A stretch of DNA of 64,000 nucleotides from an uncultured delta proteobacterium (lineage in GTDB: Bacteria > Desulfobacterota > RBG-13-43-22): the NCBI GenBank assembly GCA_963790475.1, contig CAWBOS010000011.1, positions 244,602 to 308,601 of the forward strand. The letters run 5' to 3'. Each line of letters opens with the position of its first letter. Position 1 is the stretch's first letter. Shown one piece after another: positions 59,887 to 64,000 of the stretch. The notes beneath the pieces are model-generated. The model was not told the DNA's origin. It was given only the letters and a program-made list of their open reading frames with translations, and searched no databases. The translations under genes and the position numbers were made by a program.

Positions 59887-60613
59887 ATGGCTGATCGGAT
59901 TGACAAAAAGACGGCTTATACATTTTTTTGGATTGCCTTTTTGACGCTGTTCCTCACATCACCGGGATGGAAGTCGGCGATGGCCCAGCCGCCCGCCAGG
60001 GACCTTGATCCGTTGATCCGGGATTGGGGAATTCGGATTGGACGGTTCGGAGCCAGGCGGCCTCCGCTCTGGGAAAGATTAAAGACCCCCAGGCTGTCCC
60101 GGCCTTGATCAAGGCCCTTCAGGATCCGAAAGGCTACGTCCGCCGGCGAGCCGCCAGCGCCCTGGGGGAGATCAAAGACCCGCGGGCTGTCGAACCGCTG
60201 ATTCATGCCTTGCCAGACCCGGAGAGCTATGTCCGGCGCAAGGCCGCCGCCGCCCTGGGTAAATTCAATGATTCCGGGCCGTGGAACCACTCGTTAAGGC
60301 CCTGAGGGACAAGGAATCCGAAGTCCGGGCCGAGGCCGTCAGTTCGCTAGGCAAAATCAACGATCCGCGGGCCGTGGAAAAATTGATCCCGGCCCTGCAG
60401 GATGAAAAGGAAGAGGTCCGCCGTACCGCGGCCATCGCCTTGGGGAAGTTCAAAGACCCACGGGCCGTGGAACGGCTGATCGCCTCGTTTATGATGAACG
60501 CACCACCGTTCGGCGACGGGTGGCGGTGGCCCTGGAGAAATCCAGGACCCCAGGGTGGATTCGGTTTTAAACCTGGGACAGCTCGAAAAGCCCCGAACAT
60601 CGGGAAGAGATAA
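59887..60613 (+). CDS. HEAT-repeat protein, frameshifted in this sequence
   Basis: VR..AA.ALG.I.DPRAVE.LI.AL.D repeats split over three ORFs. Confidence 0.75.
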
Positions 60614-61052
60614 ATATTGGAGGCGGGAACGCTTAATCACCCAAGTCGGGGCGGCAAGCACCGGGGTGGGTATCCTTTGATCCGGTCCCTGCAGGATAAG
60701 GCTCTTCCGGATGGTCTGAAAACTATTCTCTTTGCGGAAAAGAGGTTCAGGGGCGGGCACCCTTAGCCCAAATTCAAAGGGCCGGGATTGGCCTAAGGAA
60801 TGCAAGCCGGTTGCAAGGTGAAATCCGGGGACAGGCCGAAAGACACTGTCTCAGCCAGCGTCGGGGAAGAGGTAAGTATTGGAGGCGGTGGCAGTGGCTT
60901 ATTCCCATATGGGCAGGAACCACGGCAAGCGGGGAGGTATCCTGGCGGGTCATGAAAGTCTTGGAGGAGATGGGAAAGTGGTAGCATTCCAGTGGAAGGA
61001 CCTAAGCTTCCTGGGCGTTCGTGATTCCTGTTAGGATCTGGGCGAGAGAAAT

Positions 61053-62250
61053 ATGAAGGTTATATTATCGCCGTTTTTACTTCTCTGTTTACGGGGGGGC
61101 TGGCACATCTTCAGCCCCCACCATTTCCAAAAGCCCTGTGCTGCCTCTTTTTGCCTCTCACCTCGGGGCCGATCCGGCCGGTATAGGTTTCGTTGCGGCC
61201 ATATCGGCTTTTACCGGGATAGTGGGTCAGCATTCTGGCTCGGACCTCGCTCTCGCGACCGCTGGGGCCGGAAAGGATGCTTCTGTTTTCCGCCTGGTTT
61301 TTTCTACTGCTCCCTTTTTATATCTGGCCGTTGCCCACCTGTGGCAACTGGCCTTAGTCCGCTTTTATCATGGGCTGGCCACGGCCATCTTCATCCCTGT
61401 GGCCATGGCCATGGTCTCTGACCTCTTCCAGCAGGGAAGGGGGAAAAATTAGGCTGGCTTTCCACCTCCACTTTACTCGGCCGGTTTATGGCCCCGATCA
61501 TCGGAGGGAGCCTGATTGGCTTTTTGGCCTTCAATCCTTCTTTGGGGTTTAAGGCCGTTTATCTGGTCTGCGGCTTAGCGGGCATCCTGGCCCTTCTTGA
61601 TGGTCTTTAAACTCCCCTATCCGTCCCCTTTGAAGAAAGAGAGGGAGCCTTTAGGGGAGACTTTAAAGATCCTCAAAAAGTCATGGCTCAACCCCGGAAT
61701 TTCCCTGACCAGCGGTATGGAAGCGGCCATCCTTTTTGCCTATGGGACTTTTGAAACCTTCCTGCCCATCTATTCCATAAAAATAGGGCTCAGTGCCTAT
61801 GAGGTGGGGGTTCTTCCTGTCCGCGCAGGTGATTACCCTGGCCTTGACCAAGCCTATTTTGGGCCGCTTTTCAGACCGCCATGGACGGAAACCCCAAGAT
61901 TTGGTCGGGGCCATGATGGGGGCCTTGTGCATAGGGAGCCTGTCGATTTTCAAATCTTTTTTCCCGTTGCTCCTTTTAAGTATATTATTTGGATTAAGCT
62001 TATCGATTGTTACCTCGGCTACTTCGGCCTTGGTAGCCGATTTCAGCCGGAAAGAAACTGTACGGTTTGGCTACGGGCATATACTCGGTTCCATTATGGA
62101 TATCGGCCACACTACGGGCCCGTGGTCTCCGGGATTGTCGCCAAGTATTTGGGTTTTACCCTGTCTTTTATAATCGCCTCGGTTATTTTAACTGCCGTGG
62201 CCCTTGTCTTTTGGGCGGGAGTTAAGTCTCCCAATAGGCAAAATTCTTAG
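61053..62250 (+). CDS. MFS transporter with multiple frameshifts
   Basis: Overlapping fragments: LPLFASHLGA, RFYHGLATAIF, GRFSDRHGRK, MDIGHTTGP. Confidence 0.75.
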
Positions 62251-62641
62251 AAGGAAGATTTATGAAAAAGAAATCAAGGTCGGCGATGCGAGGTCGTCCT
62301 TCGGTTTTTCTTCTTGAAAAGGCCGGTGAAGTTTTCTTTCAACTGAAGATGGGCGAGGCTGATAAAGCCCCCAGTTAAGGCGCATGCCTCCCAATCCGGG
62401 CCTAAAGTGCAAAATTCCCCTTTATTGATAAAATACCACTTCAACCACGAAAATATACTGTTCAACCATTATTTCCATTTCCCTCTCTTTTTGTTCATAA
62501 TAAAATAAGGTATTTATCTGCCCAAGAGACCGATTCCGCAGTAAGTCGTCGTGAAAATGGTCCTGCCGGGTTAAAAAGAAATTTCAGACTTTCTGCGGGA
62601 TGCAGAATTCATTCCCGGAAAAAGAGGCAAAGGAGTCTATT

Positions 62642-63043
62642 ATGCGTCAACTCTCGACTCGTATTGGCCATTTGCTTTATGCTGGCCACTTTTAATGCCC
62701 TATCAGGGTGTAGCTTCGTTACCGTTAATTCAAAACCCGTATCTGGGTGTGCCGGTATATCCCCCAACGGATCCCGGGCCAGTGTCCAAATACTTCGCGG
62801 GGAGCCATCGCGTCCCCACGAACGCTTGGGCGAGATCAGTCTTGAGCCGGAGGGAAATCCGCCGATGGCCGAAATGGAGGCAAAGTTGAAGGAGGCCGGT
62901 GCGCAAATGGGTGCGGATGCCGTGGTCATCGTGGCAGACACCACCAGGATTATGGCGGGTACGTGACAGGTCCCTGGTGGGACCGTCAGATATACCCTGT
63001 ATACGGACGAGTTATCATTGCCGTTGCCATCAGGTATGTGTAG
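62642..63043 (+). CDS. Hypothetical lipoprotein, frameshifted
   Basis: LSGC lipobox; P.RPHERLGEI...KLKEAGAQMGADAVVIV. Confidence 0.5.
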
Positions 63044-63260
63044 TACGAGAATGCCGTGTCAAGTGACCTTGGCCAGGGAAGGTGTTCAAGAGGTAAATTT
63101 CGAGCCTTGGCTTGAATTCTTGGCCCTTTCAGTCCCTGGCCTCTATTTTAGGCCTCATACTTCGAGAGAGGATTTCCATTCAAGGTCTATGGGTTACAAG
63201 GGTTAAGGGGACTTTTAAAAACGATCTCCTTTGTACCGTTGAAGAAAAAAGGAGGATGTT

Positions 63261-64000
63261 ATGAAGAAAGAGAATTATTTTAGCGGCATTAGTATTCGGG
63301 TTTTTGGGTTTATGGGTTTTTCAACTGTCTTTATTGGTCGCTCAGGGAAACCGGGGGTGGAAAGTAAATCACCGGAGCAAGGACTATTGAAAAAAATCGA
63401 ACAATTGACAGGTGCTAAAGGAGAGTACGTGTCCAAAGAAGGCGTTTACAAAGTCGGTTTCCCGCGTTCCGACCTTAAGGTGGAGATTTCAGGCACTAAA
63501 ATGGTTCCGGCCTGGCCTGGCGTCTGGGCGGGTTTTAAAATCACCGGTGGCAAGGCCATGGTAATGGGAGATACTGTTTTGACGGAAGATCAGGTTAATC
63601 CCGTCCTGGACGCGGCCTTGGGCAACGGTTTGGAAGTTACCGCCATACACAATCATTTTTTTTGGGATTCTCCTAAATCATGTTTATGTATATCGGAGGT
63701 TCTCGGGATGTGGAAAAATTAGCCGCCGGGGTGGGTAAGGTTTTTGCTGAAAATCAAGGAGACCGCCGGCGGAAAAGGTCAAAAACCCTTTGCCGACATA
63801 GATTCCGGCCAAGACCACTCTTGGATCCTACTAAAATAGATGCTATCCTGGGGGTAAAAGGGCCAGCTGGCCGCAGGCGTTTATAAGATTACCGTCGGTA
63901 GGACGACGAGCATGCACGGCCACGTAGCCGGGCAACGCCATGGGGATAAATACCTGGGCGGCCTTTGCCGGAAGCGATGAAAAATCGGTGGCTGACGGCG
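63261..64000 (+). CDS. DUF1259 (LppY/LpqO-like) protein, frameshifted, runs off the window
   Basis: PRSDL, VMGDTVLTEDQVNPV, VTAIHNHFF and FMYIGG motifs. Confidence 0.75.

Noticed and set aside
60793-61020. GC-rich intergenic stretch as an ncRNA or gene remnant
   Set aside because: No recognisable structure or motif, and it lies in the error-prone part of the sequence.

Overview
A mid-GC bacterial window, probably Desulfobacterota/Deltaproteobacteria-like (inferred from gene content and sigma-54 promoters). 0-8 kb holds transport and acyl-CoA genes (ChrA, DUF35+thiolase, TetR, branched-chain SBP). 8-31 kb is an accessory region with a 2.4-kaa teneurin-like YD/RHS protein ending in a PLA2-like toxin tip plus a candidate immunity gene, a coupled TIGR04255 / unknown / ART-like three-gene operon, BrnTA, a Clp-fold (SDH-family) protease pair and a PilZ protein. 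These units are separated by a family of co-oriented, degenerate mosaic repeats built from RAYT (Y1 HUH transposase) ends, an EndoQ-like C-terminal fragment, non-coding modules and a shared enhancer + sigma-54 promoter block. 34-37.3 kb is an IS1182-family element nested inside a sibling at a CTAG target. 37-58.5 kb is an envelope-stress / metal-efflux region (Spy-like, DegQ, two OmpR-type two-component systems, RND-MFP-TolC, PepSY) with another IS. The last ~4 kb is full of frameshifts, probably assembly error. No rRNA, tRNA or CRISPR array was seen. All family assignments come from motif recognition by eye, not database searches.
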